Virus record (IMG/VR): IMGVR_UViG_3300021964_009400
Length of the DNA: 64,000 nucleotides
Source of the DNA: a virus
Taxonomy: Duplodnaviria > Caudoviricetes
Reading direction: 5' to 3' (one strand)
The translations under genes were made by a program, and so were the position numbers. Of this stretch, positions 28,207 through 38,126 are shown piece after piece (positions within the stretch are counted from its first letter, which is position 1; every line of letters begins with the position of its first letter). A model generated the notes under the pieces. It was not told the DNA's origin and searched no databases. It saw only the letters and a program-made list of their open reading frames with translations.

Positions 28207-29107
28207 CTTAGATTTACAATACCAAGATTTACTTCAAGATATTTTACTTGAAGGTAAAGAAAAAACTGATAGGACTGGAACAGGTACAAAATCTGTTTTC
28301 GGTAAACAAATCAGACACAAAATGAATGAAGGGTTTCCACTTCTTACAACAAAGAAGATGGCAATCAAATCAATCATGACAGAACTTAAATGGTTCTTAA
28401 AAGGAAAAACCAATATAAAATATTTGGTAGAGAATGGATGTAACATTTGGAATGGTGATGCTTATAAAACATATGAAAGAACATATAACTATGAGTTAGA
28501 AGATGCACCACTTACTCAAAAAGAATTTGTAGAAAAAATTAAAACAGATGATGATTTCGCTAGGGTTTGGGGAGAACTTGGACCTGTTTATGGAAAACAA
28601 TGGAGAAGAATTGAAAAAAGACATGGTTCATCACCAACATATAAAATAGACCAAATTAAAAACCTTATAGAACTTATTAAAGAAAATCCTGATAGTAGAA
28701 GATTGGTGGTTAATTCTTGGAACCCATCAGAGTTAGATGAAATGGTTTTACCACCTTGTCATTATGGATTTCAATGTTATGTAAACGATGGTAAACTATC
28801 TTTAATGTGGAATCAAAGAAGTGTTGATACTTTCTTAGGATTACCATTTAACATTGCATCTTATGGAATGTTATTACTTCTATTATGTGAGGAAACAAAT
28901 TTAGAACCAGATGAACTAATTGGGAACTTGGGTGATACTCATTTATATAAAAATCATATAGAACAGGCAGAAGAACAAAGATTAAGAAAATCTTTTCAAT
29001 TACCAACTGTTAAATTATCAAATGTAGATATTTTAAATGGAGAATTTGATTATGAAATTATAGGATACCAATCACAACCAATAATTAAAGCACCTTTATC
29101 AAATTAA
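28199..29107 (+). CDS. thyA: thymidylate synthase
   Basis: DRTGTGT, ELGPVYGKQWR, LPPCH, QRSVD, PFNIASY, GDTHLY. Confidence 0.97.
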   Translation: MNNLDLQYQDLLQDILLEGKEKTDRTGTGTKSVFGKQIRHKMNEGFPLLTTKKMAIKSIMTELKWFLKGKTNIKYLVENGCNIWNGDAYKTYERTYNYELEDAPLTQKEFVEKIKTDDDFARVWGELGPVYGKQWRRIEKRHGSSPTYKIDQIKNLIELIKENPDSRRLVVNSWNPSELDEMVLPPCHYGFQCYVNDGKLSLMWNQRSVDTFLGLPFNIASYGMLLLLLCEETNLEPDELIGNLGDTHLYKNHIEQAEEQRLRKSFQLPTVKLSNVDILNGEFDYEIIGYQSQPIIKAPLSN

Positions 29108-29108
29108 G

Positions 29109-29228
29109 ATGGATTTAAAATTAAAAAAAAAGTTATTAGAAAATATTCTGAAATTAAAAATGCAAAAAGGAAATTCAGAAACTAAACTTCAAATTCAGAA
29201 ACTTCAACAAAAATTAAATGATAAGTGA
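29109..29228 (+). CDS. small basic coiled-coil peptide (39 aa, not in ORF track)
   Basis: MDLKLKKKLLENILKLKMQKG...; fills the gap. Confidence 0.5.
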   Translation: MDLKLKKKLLENILKLKMQKGNSETKLQIQKLQQKLNDK

Positions 29229-29970
29229 AATAATATGTATTGGAACTTCTTTTACAGAAGGTGATGGGTTGCATGTAAACGATTCTTATAATTCTTGGTT
29301 AAAGAAAAATAAAGGAATTTATGTTAAATCAATGAAAGATGTTGCTTGGCCAAAACAATTAGAAACTCTTTCTAATATCAAAACTAGAAATCTTGGAAAG
29401 TGTGGTTCAAGTATAGAATATCTAATGAGAAATGTTGAGGAAATACTTGAATTAGAAGATTGTTCAGATAAATTATTTATATTAGAATATTCAAACTGGG
29501 GTAGAAGTGAATTATGGTCAACTGAATTTAATAAGTGGCTAGTAACAAATTGGGGACCTCGTGATGGAGTAGACCCAACAAATGAAGGTTATGCCGTAAT
29601 GATGACAACCGATTACAAATATGGAAAACAATTGGACTATAATAAATTTCCAATCTATGAAAACTATTTAGATAACTTTTTTAATGAAAAAGAATATTTG
29701 ATTCAATTAGATAGAAATTTTTTAAATCTACTTTATAAGTTAAAATCAAAAAATATAGATTTTAAAATTATAACATTAGAAGAAGTTTTTTGGAAACCTT
29801 TGGAAAATGATAAATTATTTAAAGACTCTACTATACTTTATAATTTATATGAGTTTATAAATAAAAATAAATTATCAATAGAAAATATTACTAATAATGA
29901 AGTAAACGATGGTCATCCTTCCATAGAAGGACATATTAAAATAGCAAAAAAAATATATGAAAAAATTTAA
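29218..29970 (+). CDS. SGNH/GDSL hydrolase-fold protein
   Basis: IGTSFTEG (block I), NLGKCGSS (block II), DGHP (block V). Confidence 0.75.
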   Translation: MISEIICIGTSFTEGDGLHVNDSYNSWLKKNKGIYVKSMKDVAWPKQLETLSNIKTRNLGKCGSSIEYLMRNVEEILELEDCSDKLFILEYSNWGRSELWSTEFNKWLVTNWGPRDGVDPTNEGYAVMMTTDYKYGKQLDYNKFPIYENYLDNFFNEKEYLIQLDRNFLNLLYKLKSKNIDFKIITLEEVFWKPLENDKLFKDSTILYNLYEFINKNKLSIENITNNEVNDGHPSIEGHIKIAKKIYEKI

Positions 29971-30139
29971 AAGAAATAAATTAAATAGAAAATTAGCAGG
30001 TATTTGTGGTGGATTAGGAAACTACTTTGATACAGACCCTCTCCTTTGGAGATTGTTATTTGTGTTACTGTTTTTCATTCCAGCAGTACCAATATTCATT
30101 TTATATATAATAACAACATTAATTACAAAATCCGAATAA
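29957..30139 (+). CDS. pspC: PspC domain protein
   Basis: RKLAGICGGLGNYF.TDP.L.R.LFV signature. Confidence 0.9.
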   Translation: MKKFKRNKLNRKLAGICGGLGNYFDTDPLLWRLLFVLLFFIPAVPIFILYIITTLITKSE

Positions 30140-31099
30140 ATGATTAGAACGGCAGAATGTGTATCACCGATGCACCCAGACAAAATGTGTGATAGAATAT
30201 CAGACACATTATTAGATTTATATTTACAAGGAGACCCTAATTCACGAGTAGCAATTGAAACTGCAGGTGGAAATGGAAAAGTATTTATAACTGGTGAAGT
30301 AACCTCAAATACTGAAGTAACAGAAACAGATATTAGAACAGTTGTAAATAATATATCAGGAGTAAAAGATGTAATCATACATCTTAACTCACAATCACCA
30401 GAGATTGCTCAAGGAGTTGATACTGGTGGGGCAGGTGACCAAGGAATTATGATTGGTTATGCTTGTAGAGATAACGAACAATTTTTACCACAAGAATATT
30501 ATTTATCAAGAGAACTTAATAAGTTTATATTTGATAAGTTTCCTTACGATGGTAAAACACAAGTTACGATGAATGGAAACTCACTTAGAGTTGTTTGTTC
30601 ATTTCAAAATGCACCAAAGGAAATGTTAGAAGGTTTGGTTGGAGGATTCTTTAGTAGATATCCACAATATCATATTGAATCATTACATTGTAATCCTGCA
30701 GGTGATTGGAACATTGGTGGGTTTACTGCCGATGCTGGGTTAACTGGTAGAAAGTTAGCAGTTGATAATTATGGCCCAAGAGTTCCACTTGGTGGTGGAG
30801 CATTTAGTGGTAAAGATTGTACTAAGGTTGATAGAAGTGCTGCATATATGGGAAGAAGAATTGCAGTAGATATCTTAGAAGAAAGACCAGAGGTAAATGA
30901 AGTGATAGTTCAACTTGCTTATGCAATCGGATATGACCAACCACTTCAAGCAACTGCAATCGTTGATGGAGAGCACGAATTTATCAAAGGATATGATTTA
31001 TCACCAAAAGGAATTATTGATTTCTTAGAACTAAGAAAACCGATATTTGGAGAATCAGCAGCGTTTGGACATATGGGAGCTGGATTTTCTTGGAAATAA
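30140..31099 (+). CDS. metK: S-adenosylmethionine synthetase
   Basis: ECVSPMHPDKMCD, GAGDQG, DGKTQV, GLTGRK, GGGAFSGKD.TKVDRSAAY. Confidence 0.96.
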   Translation: MIRTAECVSPMHPDKMCDRISDTLLDLYLQGDPNSRVAIETAGGNGKVFITGEVTSNTEVTETDIRTVVNNISGVKDVIIHLNSQSPEIAQGVDTGGAGDQGIMIGYACRDNEQFLPQEYYLSRELNKFIFDKFPYDGKTQVTMNGNSLRVVCSFQNAPKEMLEGLVGGFFSRYPQYHIESLHCNPAGDWNIGGFTADAGLTGRKLAVDNYGPRVPLGGGAFSGKDCTKVDRSAAYMGRRIAVDILEERPEVNEVIVQLAYAIGYDQPLQATAIVDGEHEFIKGYDLSPKGIIDFLELRKPIFGESAAFGHMGAGFSWK

Positions 31100-31142
31100 T
31101 TAGGAATTGTAAAATAATTTTCGTATATTTGTATAACAAATA
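31100..31142 (+). promoter_or_regulatory. Bacteroidota-type promoter with palindrome
   Basis: TTAG-N20-TATATTTG, with TATTTGT-ATA-ACAAATA overlapping the -7 element. Confidence 0.7.
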
Positions 31143-31149
31143 GTTTATA

Positions 31150-31623
31150 ATGAGTAAAAAGTATAAAGTAATTTTAATAAGTGGTGGATTTGATCCTGTT
31201 CATAAAGGTCACATAGAATGTATCCAAAATGCTAAGAAGTTAGCAGATGAAGTTTGGATAGGATTAAACAACGATAGTTGGTTAAGGAGAAAAAAGGGTA
31301 AATCATTTATGAAAGAAGATGAAAGAGCTTTCATAATGGAATCATTAAGAGATGTGGATTATGTTTATGTAATGAATCCACTTATACATGGAGATGATAC
31401 AGCAATTGATTTCATAGACCATGCAAGAAGAAAGTATATAAGTGAAAATGGTGATTTACCAAAAGGTGTAATGGCATTTGGTAATGGTGGTGATAGAACA
31501 GAAACAACCACACCAGAAAACGATGTTTGTAATTCATATGGAATAGATTCAGTATGGGGATTGGGAGATAAGATTCAATCATCATCTTGGTTACTAGAAA
31601 AATATTTAAACATAGCAGAATAA
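31150..31623 (+). CDS. cytidylyltransferase-like nucleotidyltransferase (TagD/RfaE-like)
   Basis: SGGFDPVHKGH (HxGH), GLNNDSW, NGGDR, KIQSSS. Confidence 0.88.
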   Translation: MSKKYKVILISGGFDPVHKGHIECIQNAKKLADEVWIGLNNDSWLRRKKGKSFMKEDERAFIMESLRDVDYVYVMNPLIHGDDTAIDFIDHARRKYISENGDLPKGVMAFGNGGDRTETTTPENDVCNSYGIDSVWGLGDKIQSSSWLLEKYLNIAE

Positions 31624-31625
31624 AA

Positions 31626-32411
31626 ATGAAAAACAAATATTATCACGATTTATTTAATGATAGATTTATAAATGAAATTATATTTGGAGGAAAAGAGAAT
31701 GGATATTTTGTTGAAATAGGTGCATTGGATGGATTAGTTTGTTCTCAAACACATTTTTTAGAAAAAGAAAAAAATTGGAATGGGATTGTAGTTGAACCAA
31801 ATACATACTGGCACGAAAATTTACATAAATACAGAAAGTGTCACATTGAAAAAAAACCTATATTAGATGTAGAAAAAAAAGTAAAATTTTTAAGACATAT
31901 ACAAAAACCTGAATATTCAAAAATACAAGGTAATAGTAATCAAAAAACTGAGTTTCCTGTTGGAGATACTGACGAACTCATTTTAAAAAGTATAACCCTA
32001 ACAAATTTACTTAAAAAATTTAAAGCACCAAATATAATTGATGTACTTGCACTCGATATAGAAGGACATGAATTAAATGTATTAACAGAGTATTTTAAAA
32101 ATTCAAAAATAAAAATAAATACTATTATTTTGGAATATGGTTCACCATCAGAAATACAAAACTTTTTCTTTGATAAACCTTATATTCAAATAAAAAATCC
32201 ACTACTAGATTTTGCAAGAATTGATAGAAAAAGAGATGTAATTGTAACCTGGCAAAACAACGATTGGGTTGGGTTAGATAAAAAAGTATATTCTAATTTA
32301 AAAGAAATAAATGATTTAGAAGAGGTAGATTGGGAATATTATTTTGTTCACATTGACCTTTTAAAAGAATATCCAAATTTAAAAAAACTAATAGTAACCA
32401 CCAACTTATAA
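31626..32411 (+). CDS. FkbM family methyltransferase
   Basis: GYFVEIGALDG, WNGIVVEPN, IDVLALDIEGHE. Confidence 0.85.
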   Translation: MKNKYYHDLFNDRFINEIIFGGKENGYFVEIGALDGLVCSQTHFLEKEKNWNGIVVEPNTYWHENLHKYRKCHIEKKPILDVEKKVKFLRHIQKPEYSKIQGNSNQKTEFPVGDTDELILKSITLTNLLKKFKAPNIIDVLALDIEGHELNVLTEYFKNSKIKINTIILEYGSPSEIQNFFFDKPYIQIKNPLLDFARIDRKRDVIVTWQNNDWVGLDKKVYSNLKEINDLEEVDWEYYFVHIDLLKEYPNLKKLIVTTNL

Positions 32412-32422
32412 AATATACAATA

Positions 32423-32668
32423 ATGAATATAGAACAATTAGTAAATGAGTATCCCAACGATATGGAACTTGGAAAAAAAGTAAGAGAATTATATCTTAAA
32501 GGAATTAAATACAGAGAAGAACTTTCTGAAAAAATGAAAGATGCTAAAATCTTTGAATCACCTGATGGGGGTAAAACAGTTTATGTAAGAGGATGGGGAC
32601 ATCCGATTTCTGAAAGAAAATTAGTAGAAAATACAAACCAATTAAATTTATTTAATGATGTTAATTAA
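32423..32668 (+). CDS. hypothetical protein
   Basis: 81 aa; YPNDMELG and IFESPDGGKTVY. Confidence 0.75.
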   Translation: MNIEQLVNEYPNDMELGKKVRELYLKGIKYREELSEKMKDAKIFESPDGGKTVYVRGWGHPISERKLVENTNQLNLFNDVN

Positions 32669-33272
32669 AGACCCAAGTAAACTTAAAAGAAAAATAGAAC
32701 CATCTACTTTTACTAAAGAAGAAATAGAAGATATTTCTGTTAAGCTATTAAATGGTTTAAAAAAATATGGAGGTATCGGATTATCAGCAAATCAAATAGG
32801 AATAGATAAAAGAGCCTGTGTAATCAATGTAAAAGACCCATTGGTACTCATAAACCCTCGTGTTGTTGAAGTATCGGATGATGCAGTTGCTTATGTAGAA
32901 CAGTGTTTATCAATTCCCAAATCAATGCGTAAACCAGTTAAGACAGTAAGACATAAATCATTTACAGTTGAGTGTGATAATTTAGGAACAGTTATATTCT
33001 CACCTGATTCAGAAACAGGTACATGGAAAAATTCAGAAGAATTTTTTTCAGATGAGGGAATGTTAGAATCTGTTGTTGCTCAACACGAAATAGACCATCT
33101 TAACGGTGTTTTAATTACAGATTCTATAAGAAAATATACTGAAACTGTTGTTAGAAAAAAGAAGTATGGAAGAAACGAAAGAGTAATGGTTAAACTACCA
33201 AATGGTGAAACCGAATTTATGAAATACAAAAAAGCACAACCATTATTAACACAAGGAGCAGAAATCCTATAA
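32655..33272 (+). CDS. def: peptide deformylase
   Basis: GIGLSANQIG, EQCLS, QHEIDHLNG. Confidence 0.93.
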   Translation: MMLIKDPSKLKRKIEPSTFTKEEIEDISVKLLNGLKKYGGIGLSANQIGIDKRACVINVKDPLVLINPRVVEVSDDAVAYVEQCLSIPKSMRKPVKTVRHKSFTVECDNLGTVIFSPDSETGTWKNSEEFFSDEGMLESVVAQHEIDHLNGVLITDSIRKYTETVVRKKKYGRNERVMVKLPNGETEFMKYKKAQPLLTQGAEIL

Positions 33273-33281
33273 AACGAAAAA

Positions 33282-33551
33282 ATGAGTAAACTTATATTTA
33301 CATATACAGATAAAGAGTTTGTAGAGGCAAACAGAGAAGCATCTAAAATAGAATTTGAAGTACCAGATGATATGAACATCAACGAGTACAAAATTGTTTG
33401 TGTTAGGTTAGCAGCAGCATTAGGTTATAGTGATAAATCAATCAAAAAATCCTTTGGTGATTTGGTTTTAGGAGATGAGAATATAAACGAATTAAAAGAT
33501 TTATTAAATGAACTTAACATCAAAAAAAATAATAAAGAGATTACAAAGTAA
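33282..33551 (+). CDS. hypothetical protein
   Basis: 89 aa in operon context. Confidence 0.75.
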   Translation: MSKLIFTYTDKEFVEANREASKIEFEVPDDMNINEYKIVCVRLAAALGYSDKSIKKSFGDLVLGDENINELKDLLNELNIKKNNKEITK

Positions 33552-33792
33552 ATTACTTACTCAAAGTTTAGTAACACAAAGTATCATGGATTTGCTTATA
33601 CAGAAAAATGTTTTCACAAAAAAAGAAATACTAAATAAAATAGATTTCAATGTAAAGTTATGGGAGAATGTAACGAAAGAAAACAAAGCTCTCCTTGAAA
33701 TGACTAATGATATACTAGAAGATACGCAAGAAAATGAAGATTTAGATGAGGAGTTTAGTGGGTTATACTATGGACCAACAGGTGAGTGTTAA
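33508..33792 (+). CDS. hypothetical protein
   Basis: 94 aa overlapping the previous gene. Confidence 0.65.
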   Translation: MNLTSKKIIKRLQSKLLTQSLVTQSIMDLLIQKNVFTKKEILNKIDFNVKLWENVTKENKALLEMTNDILEDTQENEDLDEEFSGLYYGPTGEC

Positions 33793-33808
33793 AAAAACTC
33801 CCTAAAAA

Positions 33809-33850
33809 TTTGGATATATCGAAAATTTTTCGTATATTTACATAGTAAAT
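33809..33850 (+). promoter_or_regulatory. Bacteroidota-type promoter with palindrome
   Basis: TTTG-N20-TATATTTAC-ATA-GTAAAT. Confidence 0.75.
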
Positions 33851-33867
33851 CAAAAGGAGCAATCCCT

Positions 33868-34455
33868 ATGAGAAAACAAATATTAACGGTAGTAATTTCA
33901 ATGTTTGTAACATTGGGATTAGTTGGATTCACAGCCAACATTATATTACCAACAGTTCAGCCAGTAGCAGAGGTATTAGAACCTAAACCAGTTGAACTTA
34001 TAGAAATAGAAATAGAGCCTATTAAAATAGAAATAAATCAACACGATATGTTTCTTGAAGCAATAGGAATGAGAGAATCCTCAAACAGATACGATGTTGT
34101 AAATGGTTGGGGTTATATGGGAAAATACCAATTCGGTAAACGAACTCTCAAATCATTAGGATACGATGTATCAAAAGAACAATTTCTTAATTCACCTTAC
34201 TTACAAGAAAAAGCAATGTTAGATTTACTTTTACATAATAAAAAAATACTTCAGAAGTATATTGATAAATGGGAAGGTAAATCCATACATGGTAGAGAGA
34301 TTACCGAAAGTGGTATTCTTGCAGCTGCACACTTAGCAGGACCAGGTAATGTTAAAAGATTCTTAAAAAAAGGAAAAGAATTCAGAGATGGTAACGGTAC
34401 AAAATTAACTTCCTACCTTACACAATTTAGTGGATACAAATTAAACTTAGAATAA
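33868..34455 (+). CDS. lysozyme-fold/lytic transglycosylase with N-terminal membrane anchor
   Basis: AIGMRESS, GYMGKYQFG, LAAAHLAGPG; hydrophobic residues 5-27. Confidence 0.75.
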   Translation: MRKQILTVVISMFVTLGLVGFTANIILPTVQPVAEVLEPKPVELIEIEIEPIKIEINQHDMFLEAIGMRESSNRYDVVNGWGYMGKYQFGKRTLKSLGYDVSKEQFLNSPYLQEKAMLDLLLHNKKILQKYIDKWEGKSIHGREITESGILAAAHLAGPGNVKRFLKKGKEFRDGNGTKLTSYLTQFSGYKLNLE

Positions 34456-34456
34456 T

Positions 34457-34732
34457 ATGTTAGAAATATTTACAACCTATAATATCATTATAGGAGTTTC
34501 AGTAATACTGAACATTGTCTTATTAATAGGTGTTAGAAACCTTTTAAGACAGAATGAACAACTTGAAGATAGATTTATAAATACGATAGATTCTACAAGA
34601 GAGCAAGTTTCAGCTGCTCTCAACAATATGAGAAAATTGGATAATAGAGAAGCTTTTGAAAAAGATGATGAAGTTGGAGTTACATTTGATGAGATAAAAA
34701 AAATAATAGAGAACCTTGATAACGAATTATAA
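34457..34732 (+). CDS. membrane-anchored coiled-coil protein
   Basis: N-terminal TM plus heptads, 91 aa. Confidence 0.7.
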   Translation: MLEIFTTYNIIIGVSVILNIVLLIGVRNLLRQNEQLEDRFINTIDSTREQVSAALNNMRKLDNREAFEKDDEVGVTFDEIKKIIENLDNEL

Positions 34733-34733
34733 T

Positions 34734-35501
34734 ATGCCAAAGAAAAGAAGAAAAAAATCCAAAATATATTTCGGTACACCTGCGCAAGAAGCAATTATCG
34801 AATATAACAAATGTAAAGACCCGGTAGAGAGGTCTAAAATTTACGAGGAACGAATTAAATTTCCTTTTGAAAAATTGGCAGAGAATGTAATGAATACATT
34901 TAAATTTACTTATTTTGATGTGCCAAAAAAAGATGTTCAAATGGAAGTAGTTTCTGTTATGGTGGAAAAGATGCATATGTTTCAAGAAGGTAAAGGTAGG
35001 GCTTTTTCTTATTTTACTATTATTGCAAAGAACCATTTGATTTTAGCAAACAATGGTAATTACAAAAGATGGAAACAAAATTCTTTATTATCTCAAATGC
35101 CAGAAACCTGGAACCCTGAAAATGATTTTGTAAAAAAACAAGTAGATAATGAATTTAATGAATTTAAAAACATAATGTTAAAATATTGGGATAAAAACCT
35201 AAATATAGTATTTACAAAAAAAAGAGATTTACAGATTGCAGATTCTATACTTGAATTATTTAGAAGAAGTGAACATATAGAAAACTTTAATAAAAAGCAT
35301 TTATATCTACTTATAAGAGAGATGACTGATTGTAAAACTCATTACATCACCAAAGTTGTAAATGTAATGAAAAAACATCAGAAAAAACTTTTAAATGATT
35401 TTTTAGAATATGGAGAAATAATTGATGTAAAAAAATCTCCATTTTGGAAACAAGAAGAAGAGGTTGACGAAAATCCTTTTCTAGATAATGAATATTTGTA
35501 A
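34734..35501 (+). CDS. T4 gp55-like late-transcription sigma factor
   Basis: Region-2-like KLAENV..F.F.YFD and KGRAFSYFTIIAKN; ATG 34734. Confidence 0.7.
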   Translation: MPKKRRKKSKIYFGTPAQEAIIEYNKCKDPVERSKIYEERIKFPFEKLAENVMNTFKFTYFDVPKKDVQMEVVSVMVEKMHMFQEGKGRAFSYFTIIAKNHLILANNGNYKRWKQNSLLSQMPETWNPENDFVKKQVDNEFNEFKNIMLKYWDKNLNIVFTKKRDLQIADSILELFRRSEHIENFNKKHLYLLIREMTDCKTHYITKVVNVMKKHQKKLLNDFLEYGEIIDVKKSPFWKQEEEVDENPFLDNEYL

Positions 35502-37216
35502 TGAGTTATATTTTAGGAATAAGTTGTGGATATCATGATAGTGCAGCTGCATTAATTAAGGATGGAAAAGTTCTAGGTGCGTGTGAAGAAGAAAGATTTA
35601 CAGGCATCAAACACGATTATTCGTTTCCAAGTAACACTATTAATTGGTTACTAAAAACATATAATGTAGATAACGAAAGTATAAATGCAATATGTTTTTA
35701 TGAAATACCCAAACAAAAATTAGATAGAATAGAAGTTAGTACAAAAAAGAAACCTAAAAAATGGTATGATTTTTTTTCAAGTAAAGAAAATAAAATTTTA
35801 ACTAGAAATCAAGAATCATATGAAGTATTAAAAAAACAAATAAAAAATATTGCTGGTAAAAATACCAAAATATATTATACTGACCATCATCAATCCCATT
35901 TAGCATATTCATACTACACTTCAGAATTTCAAGATGCAGCAATTTTATCAGTAGATGGTGTGGGTGAATGGGAAACCACTTGCTTTGCACAAGGACATAA
36001 AAACAAAATCAAGAAATTACATAGTATAAACTTTCCACATTCATTAGGAATGTTATATTCTACCTTCACTGCCTTTCTTGGTTTCAAACCAAACGAAGGT
36101 GAATATAAAGTTATGGGATTAGCCCCATATGGCGATAACCAAAAGTATTTAAAAGAATTTAAACAACTATATAAAGTAAATTCAGAAGATGGTACATTCG
36201 AATTAAATATGGATTACTTTACTTATGAATATGATGATAAAAGTATGTTTAATGAAAAACTTGGAAAGTTATTTAAGATACCAAATAGATTGCCTGAAGA
36301 TGAATTAACCCAAGACCATAAAGATATTGCAGCTTGTCTACAAACTATATATGAGTTTTTATTTTTTAAATTATTAAATTCATTATATAAAAAAACCAAA
36401 TCAGAAAATCTTTGTTTAAGTGGTGGTTGTGCATATAATGGAACTGCTAATGGTAAAATTTTAACAAAAACAAAATTTAAAAAATTATACATACCACCAG
36501 CACCATCAGATGCAGGTTCTGCAATTGGTTGTGCATTAGATTATCATTATAAATCAAATGAAACAAGAGTATTAAACAACAATCCATATCTTGGTCCAAG
36601 TTATAATAAAGAAGAAATTTTGACTGCAATAGAAAAATATAAAGATGTTATATGGATAGAAACAAAATTATATGAACAAATTATTCCTGTTATAGCAAAA
36701 GAAATTAAAGAAGGAAATGTAGTTGGTTGGTTTCAAGGAAGAATGGAGTTTGGTGCTAGAGCATTGGGTAATCGTTCTATACTTGCGAATCCAAGAGACC
36801 CTCAAATGAAATCTCGATTAAATAAAATGATTAAAAAGAGAGAAGGGTTTAGACCTTTTGCTCCTATTGTAATAGAAGAACAATCTACATCTTATTTTAA
36901 ATATGATGATAAAGTTCCTTATATGAATCAAGTTGTAAAAGTAAAATCAGAACACATAGAAAACTTACCAGCCATAACTCATATTGATTCATCTGCAAGA
37001 ATACAAACTTTAAATAAACAACAACACAGATATATATATTCTTTATTACAAAGTTTAGAAGAAATAAATGGATATCCAATTGTTATTAACACTTCATTTA
37101 ATTTAAAAGACCAAACAATGGTTCTTACACCAGAAGATGCAATTAAAACATTTTTAAATTGTGAAATGGATATTCTAGTTCTTCACAATAATATTTTAAG
37201 AAAGAAAATCATTTAA
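35501..37216 (+). CDS. carbamoyltransferase (NodU/CmcH/TobZ family)
   Basis: GYHDSAAAL, EEERF, HHQSH, DGVGE, EGEYKVMGLAPYG, DAGSAIG, GARALGNRSILA, REGFRPFAP, NTSFN. Confidence 0.95.
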   Translation: MSYILGISCGYHDSAAALIKDGKVLGACEEERFTGIKHDYSFPSNTINWLLKTYNVDNESINAICFYEIPKQKLDRIEVSTKKKPKKWYDFFSSKENKILTRNQESYEVLKKQIKNIAGKNTKIYYTDHHQSHLAYSYYTSEFQDAAILSVDGVGEWETTCFAQGHKNKIKKLHSINFPHSLGMLYSTFTAFLGFKPNEGEYKVMGLAPYGDNQKYLKEFKQLYKVNSEDGTFELNMDYFTYEYDDKSMFNEKLGKLFKIPNRLPEDELTQDHKDIAACLQTIYEFLFFKLLNSLYKKTKSENLCLSGGCAYNGTANGKILTKTKFKKLYIPPAPSDAGSAIGCALDYHYKSNETRVLNNNPYLGPSYNKEEILTAIEKYKDVIWIETKLYEQIIPVIAKEIKEGNVVGWFQGRMEFGARALGNRSILANPRDPQMKSRLNKMIKKREGFRPFAPIVIEEQSTSYFKYDDKVPYMNQVVKVKSEHIENLPAITHIDSSARIQTLNKQQHRYIYSLLQSLEEINGYPIVINTSFNLKDQTMVLTPEDAIKTFLNCEMDILVLHNNILRKKII

Positions 37217-37256
37217 CCTTTCCATAATATTTACTTAACAATTTCTTAACATTGGT

Positions 37257-37265
37257 ATATTTATA
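37257..37265 (+). promoter_or_regulatory. putative late promoter ATATTTATA
   Basis: Intergenic, followed by AAAGGAGG and ATG 37280. Confidence 0.6.
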
Positions 37266-37279
37266 CTAAAGGAGGAATT

Positions 37280-37657
37280 ATGAATGAACAATTATTCAAA
37301 GTAAAGGTTGTTCAAATAATAGCAATCCTATTATTTTCTCTGTGTACCATTCCACTCTTTGGACAACAAACCAAAGTTATTACACAGATAGATAACAATC
37401 TTTACGAGTATAGAGCATTCAACGAAGATGGTTCTATACACCAAAAAGGAACATACATCAAAACCGAAGATGGTAAATTATTAGTCCACTCTTATTGGAG
37501 TGATGATGTAGGTACTAAAGCTCTCTATAACAAAGGAAAGTTAGTATGGATTAAACCAAAAGGACATTCTCGTTATACTTATAAAGAGATAGAGTACGAA
37601 CAAATGAAGGCTCGTATTAGAGACTTAGAAAATAAACTGGCAATATTAAAGCCCTAA
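37280..37657 (+). CDS. secreted/periplasmic protein
   Basis: Signal-peptide-like N-terminus, beta-hairpin repeats, short C-terminal coiled coil. Confidence 0.7.
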   Translation: MNEQLFKVKVVQIIAILLFSLCTIPLFGQQTKVITQIDNNLYEYRAFNEDGSIHQKGTYIKTEDGKLLVHSYWSDDVGTKALYNKGKLVWIKPKGHSRYTYKEIEYEQMKARIRDLENKLAILKP

Positions 37658-37686
37658 TCGTAATTCAAAGTGATTAGTAAAGTTTC

Positions 37687-37713
37687 AACCCCACAATTAG
37701 TGGGGTTTTTTTT
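37687..37713 (+). terminator. intrinsic terminator
   Basis: AACCCCAC-AATTA-GTGGGGTT plus T-run. Confidence 0.85.
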
Positions 37714-37860
37714 ATTGACACCCAATATTGTTTACCTATTGGGTGTGAAAATCAAAAACATACTTTTTATTTTATATATATTATAGTTATTCGTGGACAA
37801 GTCCAATGTTTTGGAATATGAAAAAGTTATTATTCTTAATTAAAACAAAGGAGAAACAAT

Positions 37861-38091
37861 ATGGATTTTTTAAAGAAAATCGGCTCTTGGGCTGATGAAT
37901 TAACAAAAATCGGTATTAGTATCGTTGCCTTGGGAGTTGTACTAGAAGTATTATTCAAGGGTACAAACATTCCATTCTGGCCAGAAGTATCAGTAGTTGA
38001 TAACATTATGGGCATTTTAGGAAGTTTGAGTGCTGAAGGTCTGTTAGGACTGGTTGGTGCTTTCGTACTTTACCATATTATTAAGAAGTAA
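37861..38091 (+). CDS. small 2-TM membrane protein (monocistronic)
   Basis: 76 aa, AAAGGAG upstream, own terminator. Confidence 0.8.
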   Translation: MDFLKKIGSWADELTKIGISIVALGVVLEVLFKGTNIPFWPEVSVVDNIMGILGSLSAEGLLGLVGAFVLYHIIKK

Positions 38092-38126
38092 GATTTACTT
38101 ATTAATATTCAAAACGCGTTAAGAAA

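Noticed and set aside
28199-29107. Intron or intein in thyA, helicase or primase
   Set aside because: The reading frames are continuous and of normal length, with no inserted Hint or endonuclease block.
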